Below are positions 27,260 to 35,497 of a stretch of DNA of 35,497 nt, piece by piece. The stretch's first letter is position 1, and each line of letters begins with the position of its first letter. The stretch is from contig JBLNDL010000053.1 of assembly GCA_050261575.1 (NCBI GenBank), positions 1 through 35,497 on the forward strand, read 5' to 3'. The notes beneath the pieces were generated by a model that was given only the letters and a program-made list of their open reading frames with translations, made no database searches and was not told the origin of the DNA. The stretch comes from Sphingomonadaceae bacterium. GTDB taxonomy: Bacteria; Chloroflexota; UBA6077. A program made the translations under genes and the position numbers.

Positions 27260-28446
27260 ATCCTGCGCCAGAGCATCAGCACCAACAGGGAGCACGTGAT
27301 GGCGATGCCCGCCACGATAGTGAAGCCGTTGGCAACCCCGTACTGGTCCATCATCCAGCCGAGCACCGGCGTTGCCACCCCGGTGGTCTCCTGCGCCAGG
27401 AAGTAGTAACCCCCCAGCACCGTGGCCCGCCTGCGAGCGGGTACCAGGTCGGCGATCAGCGACTCGATGGCGGGCAATCGGCAGGCGATGACAACCCCGT
27501 ACGCGCAGATCACAGCGGTCATAGCCAGCCCGAGTGGCAGGACCGTGAGGAGGACGATCAGGGGACCCAGACTGGCCACTGAGAGCAGGATCACGGGTTT
27601 GCGGCCCAGCCGGTCGGAGATGGCCCCGCCTAACGGCGCGCCTGCCAGCCCCGCCCCGAACACGATCGCCATCACCAGGCCGGCCACATCCTGCGGTGCA
27701 CCGTGCCTATCCACCAGGAAGAGCGGAAGGAAGGAGTTGATGGAGGACACCAGTAGCTGTGTGATCATCGCGATCATCACCAGCAGCCCGAGCAACCGAA
27801 GCAGTTCGACCCACTTCAACGGCTCCGCGTTCTCCCGAGCGGTCTCCTTCAGGTTGGCCCTCTCCTGGGCACCGGCCAACGTCCAGACGAGGAGGCCAGC
27901 GACGAGGACCGGGATCCCCAGCACCACGAGTGAGTTTCGCCAACTGCCGGTCGCGCCAGCCACCAGGATCGCGGCCACGGGCGCAGCCATCAGCCCCGCG
28001 CTACCGCCTATGATGTGGATACCGAGGGAGCGCCCCCGGGCCTCTTTGCCGAATGTCTGCGAGAGGAATGCAGAGGCAGGGGCGTGATAGGTCGATCCCG
28101 CGATCCCCATCAGAATCAGACAGGCCATAAGCTGGGCGTAGGTGCTGGAAAGCCCCATACCGATACAGGCAGCGCCGGTGCCCACCAACCCCACGGACAC
28201 CACGAGCCGCTTGCCCAGACGATCCGAGATGGCCGCCATCGGTAGCTGGGCGAAGCCGTAGGTGAGGCTGAACGCAGACAGCAGCAGGCCGGACAGGAGA
28301 TAGTCCAGCCCGAAAGTGTCGCGGATCATCGGGAGGAGGGGCACGGTCGCCGCCGTGCACAGATGATGGCCGAAATGCCCCAGCATGAAGGCCAAGAGCG
28401 TGGCAAGCCGATTGGGGCTGCTTGAAGCGGAAGTCGAACTCTGCAT
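27256..28446 (-). CDS. MFS transporter (Fsr-like)
   Basis: About 12 TM helices; A-motifs ISDRLGKR and ISDRLGRK; GSTYHAPA; ATG at 28446. Confidence 0.88.
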   Translation of the reverse strand: MQSSTSASSSPNRLATLLAFMLGHFGHHLCTAATVPLLPMIRDTFGLDYLLSGLLLSAFSLTYGFAQLPMAAISDRLGKRLVVSVGLVGTGAACIGMGLSSTYAQLMACLILMGIAGSTYHAPASAFLSQTFGKEARGRSLGIHIIGGSAGLMAAPVAAILVAGATGSWRNSLVVLGIPVLVAGLLVWTLAGAQERANLKETARENAEPLKWVELLRLLGLLVMIAMITQLLVSSINSFLPLFLVDRHGAPQDVAGLVMAIVFGAGLAGAPLGGAISDRLGRKPVILLSVASLGPLIVLLTVLPLGLAMTAVICAYGVVIACRLPAIESLIADLVPARRRATVLGGYYFLAQETTGVATPVLGWMMDQYGVANGFTIVAGIAITCSLLVLMLWRRI

Positions 28447-28549
28447 GGCGCCCATTATAGGCCATCGTCTGTAATTCATCATCAGCCGCTTGGCGTTCGA
28501 GCAGGGCCGAGGTAGTACGTGGCGCCTCGCCCGTGGGGCCACCCCGAAA

Positions 28550-28564
28550 TGGCATGCATCTTGC
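28550..28564 (+). promoter_or_regulatory. Sigma54 (-24/-12) promoter upstream of the BON gene
   Basis: TGGCATG-CATC-TTGC. Confidence 0.65.
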
Positions 28565-28753
28565 CGCCATCCACCGATCGGCACATGGCCGTCAGCCCTC
28601 TGCCTCCCGCGCAACGGCGGCGGGAATGGCAGCCGCAAGACTGGGGACAGGATCGAAGCAGGCACGCCCAGGCGAACCCTGGCAAGATGGAAAAGCAGGA
28701 CCCCCAGCGGCTCGACTGCTGACGGCTGATAGCTCAAAGGGGAGGGGCGTCGA

Positions 28754-29407
28754 ATGGTCGACCAGGATGAGAGGATCAGGCGCGAGGTGTTGCGGGCAGC
28801 CTCCCAGCTCGGCGAGCCCTCGGTCGCCTGCACGGTCGACAACGGGCAGGTCATCCTCGAAGGGGTTGTGTCCTCCGATGAGCAGGCATATCAGTTGGAG
28901 GCAGCGGTGCGAGCCATTCCCGGGGTCCAATCCGTCGCCAACAGCCTCCTCTCCGAGGGGTTCACCGCCACGGTCGGCAACGTGGTGGAGGGAATCGATC
29001 TCACCCCGGACTTCACCTCGGAGGTGGGTACGGACGACTTCTTCGAGTCGGTGTCCGAGGCCGAGCCCTACACCCCACCCACCGATCCGGTGGTCAAGTC
29101 TGACCGCAGCACGGACGGTGTGGCAATCATCAACGGCTTCGCGGAGACCGCCGGAGACGACGCAGCGACGGCTGGCCTGCCGGGCATGCCCAGGGGAGAC
29201 GACGAGATCCGGGACGCAGTACTGGCGGCCCTGCAATCCGACGCCGCCACGACCGATCTAACCATGGAGGTGGAGGTGCAGGACGGGGTCGTCTACCTCC
29301 GCGGCGTTGTCCCCTCTCTCGACGATGTCGATCTGGCCGAGTCGATAGCGGCAGGGGTTCCGGGAGTCGAAGAGGTCCAGGAAGAGCTACAAGTGGATGG
29401 TATGTAG
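28754..29407 (+). CDS. Two-BON-domain protein with an acidic linker
   Basis: DERIRREV...V.LEGVV....A...IPGVQSV.NSL and DDEIRDAV...GVVYLRGVV...VPGVEEVQEEL; GGAGG RBS. Confidence 0.85.
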   Translation: MVDQDERIRREVLRAASQLGEPSVACTVDNGQVILEGVVSSDEQAYQLEAAVRAIPGVQSVANSLLSEGFTATVGNVVEGIDLTPDFTSEVGTDDFFESVSEAEPYTPPTDPVVKSDRSTDGVAIINGFAETAGDDAATAGLPGMPRGDDEIRDAVLAALQSDAATTDLTMEVEVQDGVVYLRGVVPSLDDVDLAESIAAGVPGVEEVQEELQVDGM

Positions 29408-29423
29408 TTCTTGATCCGCTCGC

Positions 29424-29438
29424 TGGCACGTGTTTTGC
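29424..29438 (+). promoter_or_regulatory. Sigma54 (-24/-12) promoter
   Basis: TGGCACG-TGTT-TTGC matches the consensus exactly. Confidence 0.7.
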
Positions 29439-29510
29439 CTTATGGGCACCGTGGCTGACCCGGTGTGGGTCGGCGACGCCGACCTCCGTTGTGCCAGGTG
29501 AGGACCATCC

Positions 29511-31049
29511 TTGCACCCAATAGTCAAGCATTCCGTTGACCTGTCGCTGCCCATCAGACAAAGCCTCGCGCGGTCAGGCAGGCTCGCCCCTCTGGCCCTA
29601 CGAGCGGCAATGGTAATCACCATCGCCGTCGGCAGCGCGCTCGTGGTCGATCGGTGGAACGACGTTCCGGCGCTATGGCAGTTCGTCGGCACGGCCTCTT
29701 TCGTGGTGCTGGCATACGCCCTCGCCGATGGCCTCATCTCACGAAGAACCACCAGGGGAGGAGAGAGTGCCATCGAGTCCCCCGGATACCCATCCCCCGA
29801 GCCTACCGAGGGGCAGGAACTGGAGCCGCTGGCCTGCCCGATGGGCCAGTCAGACTGTTGGGCGGTAGCCACCGCGAAAGGTCTGATTGAGGCTGCCACG
29901 GATGTGACAGCAGGGTTGGACGTGTCACAGGCGACTACTACCCTGGTCCATCGCGCCTGCGAGATGATTGGAGCCGATGCGGCGTGGGTGTACCACAATC
30001 CAGCCAGCAGCAGAGCGCTCACCCTGGTGGCCAGCCACGTTCAGCCGCAGGCCATCGGCCGTTGGGAAGCACTGACGGCGCAGGCGCGCAGAGCGGCCGA
30101 GATGGTGATGCCGTCGGTCCTCCGGTACGACCTCCGAGGAGGGCAAAGAGTCTCAGGGCCGGTGGAGGTGGGGGAATACTTGGCCGTACCCCTGGTCCAC
30201 GGCCAACGGCTCCTCGGGATGCTGGTGGTTCACCATCCCGTGACGGCGACGGAGGCCGATGGGCCGAAAACAGAGCTGCTCGTCTCCCTGTCCGCGCAAG
30301 CGGCCGTGATCTTGGAGAACGGGATCCTGCACGAATCCCATCGGGACGTACAGGCGAAGCTTAGGCAGCTCGAGCACCACAGGGCCGACTACGTGTCCAC
30401 CCTGTCCCACGAACTGCGAACTCCGCTCACCTCCATCAAGGGTTTCGCCCAACTCCTGGCACGAGACCCGGGCGTATGCGGAGACGGGGCAAGGGCTTAC
30501 GCTGCAACCATCGTGTCCGAGGCCGATAGGCTGGCCCTGATCGTCAACGACATCGTGGACCTCACCCGCATGGAGACCGGCCTCCTGGAACTGCACCGCC
30601 GGGCAGTGGCCTTCGGGCCGTTGGTTAAGGCCGTCGGCCAGAGGGTACAGGCGATGGCACCGACCCGACGGGTGATAGTTAGCCTGCCGGAGCGCCTGCC
30701 GACCGTGCGCATCGATCCCGACCGGATGGAGCAGCTCTTCGAGAGGCTTCTGGTAGAGGCGGTCGGCCAGTCCTCGCCCTCGAATCCCATCCTGCTGGCC
30801 GTGGAGTCTGGAGACGATGGTGTCACGGTCCGATTGGAGTACCGGACCAGCGAGGAGCAGATCGAGGGTCTCTCCGAGGCTCTCAAGGGGTTTGGGCAGT
30901 CCGGTGGCGATGGACAGGCCACGCAACTCGGCAGGGGGAGGCTGGGCCTGTACATCTGCAGAAACTTCATCGAAGCTCACGACGGGAAGATGTGGATCGA
31001 ACACCCCGAGGAACAGCTTGCCAGGGTGGTGTTCACCCTGCCCTACTAG
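29511..31049 (+). CDS. Membrane GAF-HisKA sensor kinase with a degenerate HATPase domain
   Basis: 2 TM helices, GAF (LAVPLVHGQRLLGML), SHELRTPLTSIKG H-box, LGLYIC..IEAHDGKMW; N and G1 boxes degenerate; start uncertain. Confidence 0.82.
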   Translation: MHPIVKHSVDLSLPIRQSLARSGRLAPLALRAAMVITIAVGSALVVDRWNDVPALWQFVGTASFVVLAYALADGLISRRTTRGGESAIESPGYPSPEPTEGQELEPLACPMGQSDCWAVATAKGLIEAATDVTAGLDVSQATTTLVHRACEMIGADAAWVYHNPASSRALTLVASHVQPQAIGRWEALTAQARRAAEMVMPSVLRYDLRGGQRVSGPVEVGEYLAVPLVHGQRLLGMLVVHHPVTATEADGPKTELLVSLSAQAAVILENGILHESHRDVQAKLRQLEHHRADYVSTLSHELRTPLTSIKGFAQLLARDPGVCGDGARAYAATIVSEADRLALIVNDIVDLTRMETGLLELHRRAVAFGPLVKAVGQRVQAMAPTRRVIVSLPERLPTVRIDPDRMEQLFERLLVEAVGQSSPSNPILLAVESGDDGVTVRLEYRTSEEQIEGLSEALKGFGQSGGDGQATQLGRGRLGLYICRNFIEAHDGKMWIEHPEEQLARVVFTLPY

Positions 31050-31170
31050 CGTCTCGCGGGCACCGCCCCCCAACCGTGGCGCTTGCCAGTTCGGCATAAC
31101 GGCCATAGCTGGATTTAGTCCGCCACTGCCGGTATAATTTGGAGATGTCAGGCACAGGGGAGTAGCCCAG

Positions 31171-32589
31171 ATGGATATGGATTTGGACGCCATTCAGGAA
31201 CAACTGCCGCAGCAGACAATGAGGGTCTCGCCGAGGTTGGTGGCGGCGAACCACATCCTCCAGCTATCCTCCATGGAGTTGCAGCAGGCGATCTCCTCGG
31301 AGCTGGCGGAAAACCCGGCGCTCGAGCTGATCGATATTCCCACGTGCCCGACCTGCGGCACCCAACTCCAGGGGAGCATCTGCCCCCAATGCCTCAGACG
31401 CCAGAAGCCGGACAACGCCCTACTGGACGGTCCGGATGCCAACGACGAGCCCTACTACGGGCAGAACCTCCGCACCAACGACGAAGAGTTCGATCCGATC
31501 ACTCAGGTGGCCGCCGAGGTGAGCCTGCCGGAAAGGCTGCTGACGGAGCTGCGCGCGGTGGTGCAGCCTTCGCTGATGCACGTGGCCGAGTTCCTGGTGG
31601 GCAACCTGGACGAGAAGGGGTATCTCGGCTGCACGATCGAGGAGGCGGCCTACGAGTGCGGAGTGGACGAGCAGGACGTCGACCTCGTGATGAGGGTGCT
31701 GCAGAGCCTCGAGCCGCCCGGCATCGGAGCCCGCAATCTCAGGGAGTGCCTGCTGATCCAGTTGGAGTACCTGGAATCTCTCGGCATACACCAGCCGTTC
31801 GCCAAGGAGATCATAGGCACTCATCTCACCGAGCTTGGCGAACACAAGTTCAGCAAGATAGCCCAGGATCTCCGCATCTCGACGGACGTGGTGAGCGACG
31901 TATGGGAGTTCATCAAGCGTGAGCTCAACCCCCACCCCGCCCACGAGTTCGCCTCTTCGGCCGGCCAGCAGGACGGAAGGGAGGCGCGATCGTCCTACGT
32001 CCTGCCGGACGTGATCATCACGGAGCGAGATGGGCAGTTCGACGTAGAGGTCGTGGAGTCCAAGCGGTTCCTCTTGAGGGTCTCGCCCGTCTACTCCCAG
32101 ATCAGCGCCGATCTGGAGCGCGACGGCGATCGCTACTCCGACGAGGAGAAGCGGCACATCCAGCAGTACGTGGCCCGCGCAAAGCTGTTCATCGCCAACA
32201 TCAATCAGCGACGGCAGACGATCCACCGCATCACCACCTGCCTGGTGGAGTGCCAGAAGGACTTCCTGTCCCTGGGTGTGCGCCATCTGAAGCCGCTGAC
32301 ACGGGCCGCGGTTGCCAGCAAGCTAGGCATCCACGAGTCCACCGTCAGCCGCGCCACCGCCGCCAAGTTCGTGATGCTGCCCAACGGCGAGGTCATTCCC
32401 TTCAGCAACTTCTTCACGGCCTCCCTCAGCATCAAGGACGTGATCGAGGAGCTCATAGCCAACGAGAAGGCGCCTCTCACCGACGCGGAGATCGCTGAGA
32501 GATTGGCCCAGCGGGGCATTCACGTCGCGAGGCGCACCGTGGCCAAGTACCGGATGCAGTTGAAGATCCTACCCTCTTCGCTGCGCTAA
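31171..32589 (+). CDS. rpoN: RNA polymerase sigma-54 factor
   Basis: Gln/Leu-rich region I (ILQLSSMELQQ..ENPALE), NLDEKGYL, PGIGARNLRECLLIQL, HESTVSRA, RpoN box ARRTVAKYR; TATAAT at 31133. Confidence 0.96.
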   Translation: MDMDLDAIQEQLPQQTMRVSPRLVAANHILQLSSMELQQAISSELAENPALELIDIPTCPTCGTQLQGSICPQCLRRQKPDNALLDGPDANDEPYYGQNLRTNDEEFDPITQVAAEVSLPERLLTELRAVVQPSLMHVAEFLVGNLDEKGYLGCTIEEAAYECGVDEQDVDLVMRVLQSLEPPGIGARNLRECLLIQLEYLESLGIHQPFAKEIIGTHLTELGEHKFSKIAQDLRISTDVVSDVWEFIKRELNPHPAHEFASSAGQQDGREARSSYVLPDVIITERDGQFDVEVVESKRFLLRVSPVYSQISADLERDGDRYSDEEKRHIQQYVARAKLFIANINQRRQTIHRITTCLVECQKDFLSLGVRHLKPLTRAAVASKLGIHESTVSRATAAKFVMLPNGEVIPFSNFFTASLSIKDVIEELIANEKAPLTDAEIAERLAQRGIHVARRTVAKYRMQLKILPSSLR

Positions 32590-32780
32590 CAAACGGCTCC
32601 ATGGTCGGGACCACCGGCCGTTCTGGTCGACCACGGGGGCACGGAGACCACGCAGTCTTACCGCGGGCTACTCCGTGTCTCCGGGGTTCTCTTGACGCCG
32701 CACCCACCTAGGTTCCATCATTCGGCAACCGCGACCCGACACACCGCACTCATCATCCTCGTACGACTGGAGAACTGAGA

Positions 32781-34025
32781 ATGGACAAGGTAGTCTTAGC
32801 GTACTCGGGCGGCCTCGACACCTCCGTTGCGATCCGCTGGCTCCAAGAGAAGTACAACATGGAGGTCGTCGCCGTCACAGTCGACGTCGGCAGCGAAAGG
32901 AACCTCGATGCCATCCGCGAGAAGGCCCTCAAGATTGGAGCCATCAAGGCACTGGTCGTCGACGCCAAGGACCTCTTCGTCAAGTACTTCGTCTTCCCCG
33001 CCCTCCAGGCCGGCGCCATCTATGAAGGCACCTATCCCCTGGCCACGGCGCTGGCTAGGCCACTCATTTCCAAGATCATGGTGGACGTGGCCCGCGAGGA
33101 GGGCGCCTCGGCGGTCGCCCACGGTTCGACCGGTAAGGGCAACGATCAGGTGCGGTTCGACGTGTCGGTGGCCGCGCTGGCACCCGATCTCAAGATCATC
33201 GCCCCAGTGCGCGAGTGGCGGATGACCCGAGACGAGGAGATCGAGTACGCGCAGAAGCACGACATACCCATCCCCGTCACCTCGGCCAGCCCCTACAGCA
33301 TCGACGTGAACCTCTGGGGGCGGAGTATCGAAGCCGGCATCCTGGAGGATGCCTGGATCGAGCCCCCCGAGGACGCTTTCCTCTGGACCGTGGATCCGCG
33401 CCACGCCCCCGACGAGCCTGCCTACGTGGACATCGAGTTCCGACAGGGTATTCCCGTCGCCTTGAACGGCCAGGAGATGGGCGGCGTGGAGTTGATCGGT
33501 CGCCTGAACGACCTGGCGGGCGCGCACGGCGTGGGACGGATCGACACGATCGAGAACCGCCTGGTGGGCATAAAGTCGCGCGAGGTCTACGAGGCTCCCG
33601 CCGGTGTGGTCCTCCACATGGCGCATAGAGAACTGGAGAAGATGACCCTCACCAAGGAGCAGATCCGCTTCAAAGAGAAGGTCGCCGCCGAGTTCGCTGA
33701 CATGGTGTACAACGGCCTCTGGTTCTCCGCCCTGCACCAGGACCTGGCTGCGTACGTCGCGAGCTCCCAGCGCCACGTGACGGGCACCATCCGGGTGAAG
33801 CTGCTGAAGGGCGTCGCGCGGGTGACGGGGCGGCAGTCCCCCAAGGCCCTCTACGACACGGCATTGGCCACCTACGAGCGAGGCGACGCCTTCGACCACT
33901 CGGCGGCCGTTGGCTTCATCCAGCTCTGGGGTCTGCAACTGCGAACCCAATCGCGGATCCAGTGGATCGGCCAGTCCTCCGACGAGATCCTGCGGCTGAC
34001 GGCTCCCGAGGTCGAGGAGAGGTAA
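32781..34025 (+). CDS. argG: Argininosuccinate synthase
   Basis: VLAYSGGLDTS, LATALARP, HGSTGKGNDQVRF, ENRLVGIKSREVYE. Confidence 0.97.
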   Translation: MDKVVLAYSGGLDTSVAIRWLQEKYNMEVVAVTVDVGSERNLDAIREKALKIGAIKALVVDAKDLFVKYFVFPALQAGAIYEGTYPLATALARPLISKIMVDVAREEGASAVAHGSTGKGNDQVRFDVSVAALAPDLKIIAPVREWRMTRDEEIEYAQKHDIPIPVTSASPYSIDVNLWGRSIEAGILEDAWIEPPEDAFLWTVDPRHAPDEPAYVDIEFRQGIPVALNGQEMGGVELIGRLNDLAGAHGVGRIDTIENRLVGIKSREVYEAPAGVVLHMAHRELEKMTLTKEQIRFKEKVAAEFADMVYNGLWFSALHQDLAAYVASSQRHVTGTIRVKLLKGVARVTGRQSPKALYDTALATYERGDAFDHSAAVGFIQLWGLQLRTQSRIQWIGQSSDEILRLTAPEVEER

Positions 34026-35420
34026 TGAGCGGAACCAGAGACAAGCTGTGGGGTGGGCGCTTCGAGCGGGAGATGGACGCGGAGGTCTTCGCCTTCGGCG
34101 CCTCCATACCCATCGATCGGCGTCTCTATCGGGAGGACATCGCCGGCAGTATCGCCCACGCGACGATGTTGGGGCAGCAGGGCATCCTCTCCGAGGCCGA
34201 GGCGGCCACCCTCGTGCGTGGGCTCGAGCAGATTCGGGAGGAGATCGAGTCCGGCGCGGCCGTGCCCGATCTGCGATGGGAGGACATCCACTCCTTCGTG
34301 GAGAGCAGGCTGCGCGAACTGGTCGGCGACGTTGCAGGCAAGCTGCACACCGCCCGCAGCCGCAACGACCAGGTGGCGCTGGACTCACGCCTCTTCGCCC
34401 GCGCCAGCCTCAAGGAGATCGTCTCTCGGCTGGCAGTCCTCCAGGCGACGTTGCTCGACCTGGCAGAGGCGAAGCTGGGCGCAGTGATGCCGGGGTACAC
34501 CCACCTCCAACGAGCCCAGCCCGTCCTCCTCTCGCACCACCTCCTGGCCTACTTCGAGATGTTCCAGAGGGACGTGGAGAGGCTCCAGGACTGCCATCGC
34601 CGCACGAACGTGATGCCGCTCGGCTCGGGCGCCCTGGCGGGGGTCACCTACCCCATCGATCGGCAGCGCGTGGCCGGACAACTGGGGTTCCCCCTTCTGA
34701 CCCGCAACAGCATGGACGCGGTCTCAGATCGCGACTTCATGGTGGAGGAGGTCGCGGCGCTCAGCCTGGTGATGGCGCACCTCTCCCGTCTCGCCGAGGA
34801 GGTGATTCTCTGGTCCACCGAGGAGTTCGGTTTCCTGGAGCTGGACGACAGCTACTCCACCGGCAGCAGCATCATGCCCCAGAAGAAGAACCCTGACGTG
34901 GCCGAGCTTATCCGTGGCAAGACAGGCCGGGTCTACGGCTCCCTGATCGCGCTGCTGACCACACTCAAAGGGCTGCCCCTCACCTATAACAAGGATATGC
35001 AGGAGGACAAGGAGCAACTGTTCGACGCGGTGGATACCGTGTCATCCTGCCTGCAGATGTTCGCTGGAATGCTGGCGACTGCCAGATTCCGGGAGGATCG
35101 GATGCGCGAGGCGGCGGGGGGAGGGTTCTCCACCACCACAGATGTGGCGGACTATCTGGCCCGCAGGGGTTTGCCCTTCCGCCAAGCTCACGAGGTGGTG
35201 GGACGCCTGGTGCGTCACTGCATAGAGCGACGCTGCCAGATCGCCGATCTGCCTCTGTCGGAGCTCAAGGCCTTCTCCCCACTGTTCGAGGAAGACGTGT
35301 ACTCCATCGACGTGGAAAGCTCCGTCCAGGCCCGGGACGTGCCTGGAGGCACGTCCCCCAACCGGGTCCGAGACGCCCTGGCCGAGAGCCGGCATCTGCT
35401 GGCAGCCACGATGGAGTGGT
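34025..35420 (+). CDS. argH: Argininosuccinate lyase (3' end lost in the poly-G tail; absent from the ORF track because it has no stop)
   Basis: ATG at 34025 gives MSGTRDKLWGGRF; KLHTARSRNDQV, MPGYTHLQRAQP, TGSSIMPQKKNPD, KGLPLTYNKDMQEDKE. Confidence 0.95.

Positions 35421-35497
<77 letters not shown>

Noticed and set aside
8718..28854. Long N-terminal extensions in the ORF track (starts at 8718, 11764, 15375, 18287, 20183, 23647, 26967, 28854)
   Set aside because: Downstream starts match the domain boundaries and mostly have clear RBS or promoter signals; the extensions look non-coding.
32595..32760. ZTP (pfl) riboswitch upstream of argG, suggested by ACCACGGGGGCACG and two hairpins
   Set aside because: Lacks the GACTGGCG and GCCGACCGCCTGGGC elements; more likely ordinary hairpins or a terminator after rpoN.

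Overview
GC-rich bacterial chromosomal window, probably from a Chloroflexota-type anaerobe (inferred from gene content, not verified). The left part (- strand) is a bacterial CODH/ACS (carbonyl-branch Wood-Ljungdahl) operon, cooS/acsA-acsB-acsD-acsC-cooC/acsF-acsE, with an AcsV/RACo-type corrinoid activator upstream and a divergent membrane HisKA-only protein. The middle holds a MalT-like STAND-TPR-BTAD regulator followed by an unannotated 34-aa signal-peptide-like ORF, a DUF5317-like membrane protein and an NHLP-leader-like small protein, together a candidate peptide-signalling cassette. Next come an aldehyde dehydrogenase, a B12-radical SAM enzyme with an amphipathic-repeat tail, a DUF1646-like protein, lipB, moeA and a moaC-mog fusion. 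The right part has a receiver protein, a KaiC-like ATPase, an MFS transporter, a BON protein, a GAF kinase with degenerate ATP-binding boxes, rpoN, argG and argH, which runs into a probable poly-G artefact. Four diverged copies of a 74-bp element with terminal inverted repeats are dispersed through the window. Three overlap stop codons and two bracket the peptide cassette. Several sigma54 promoter motifs cluster near rpoN. All family assignments come from motif recognition; no searches were run.
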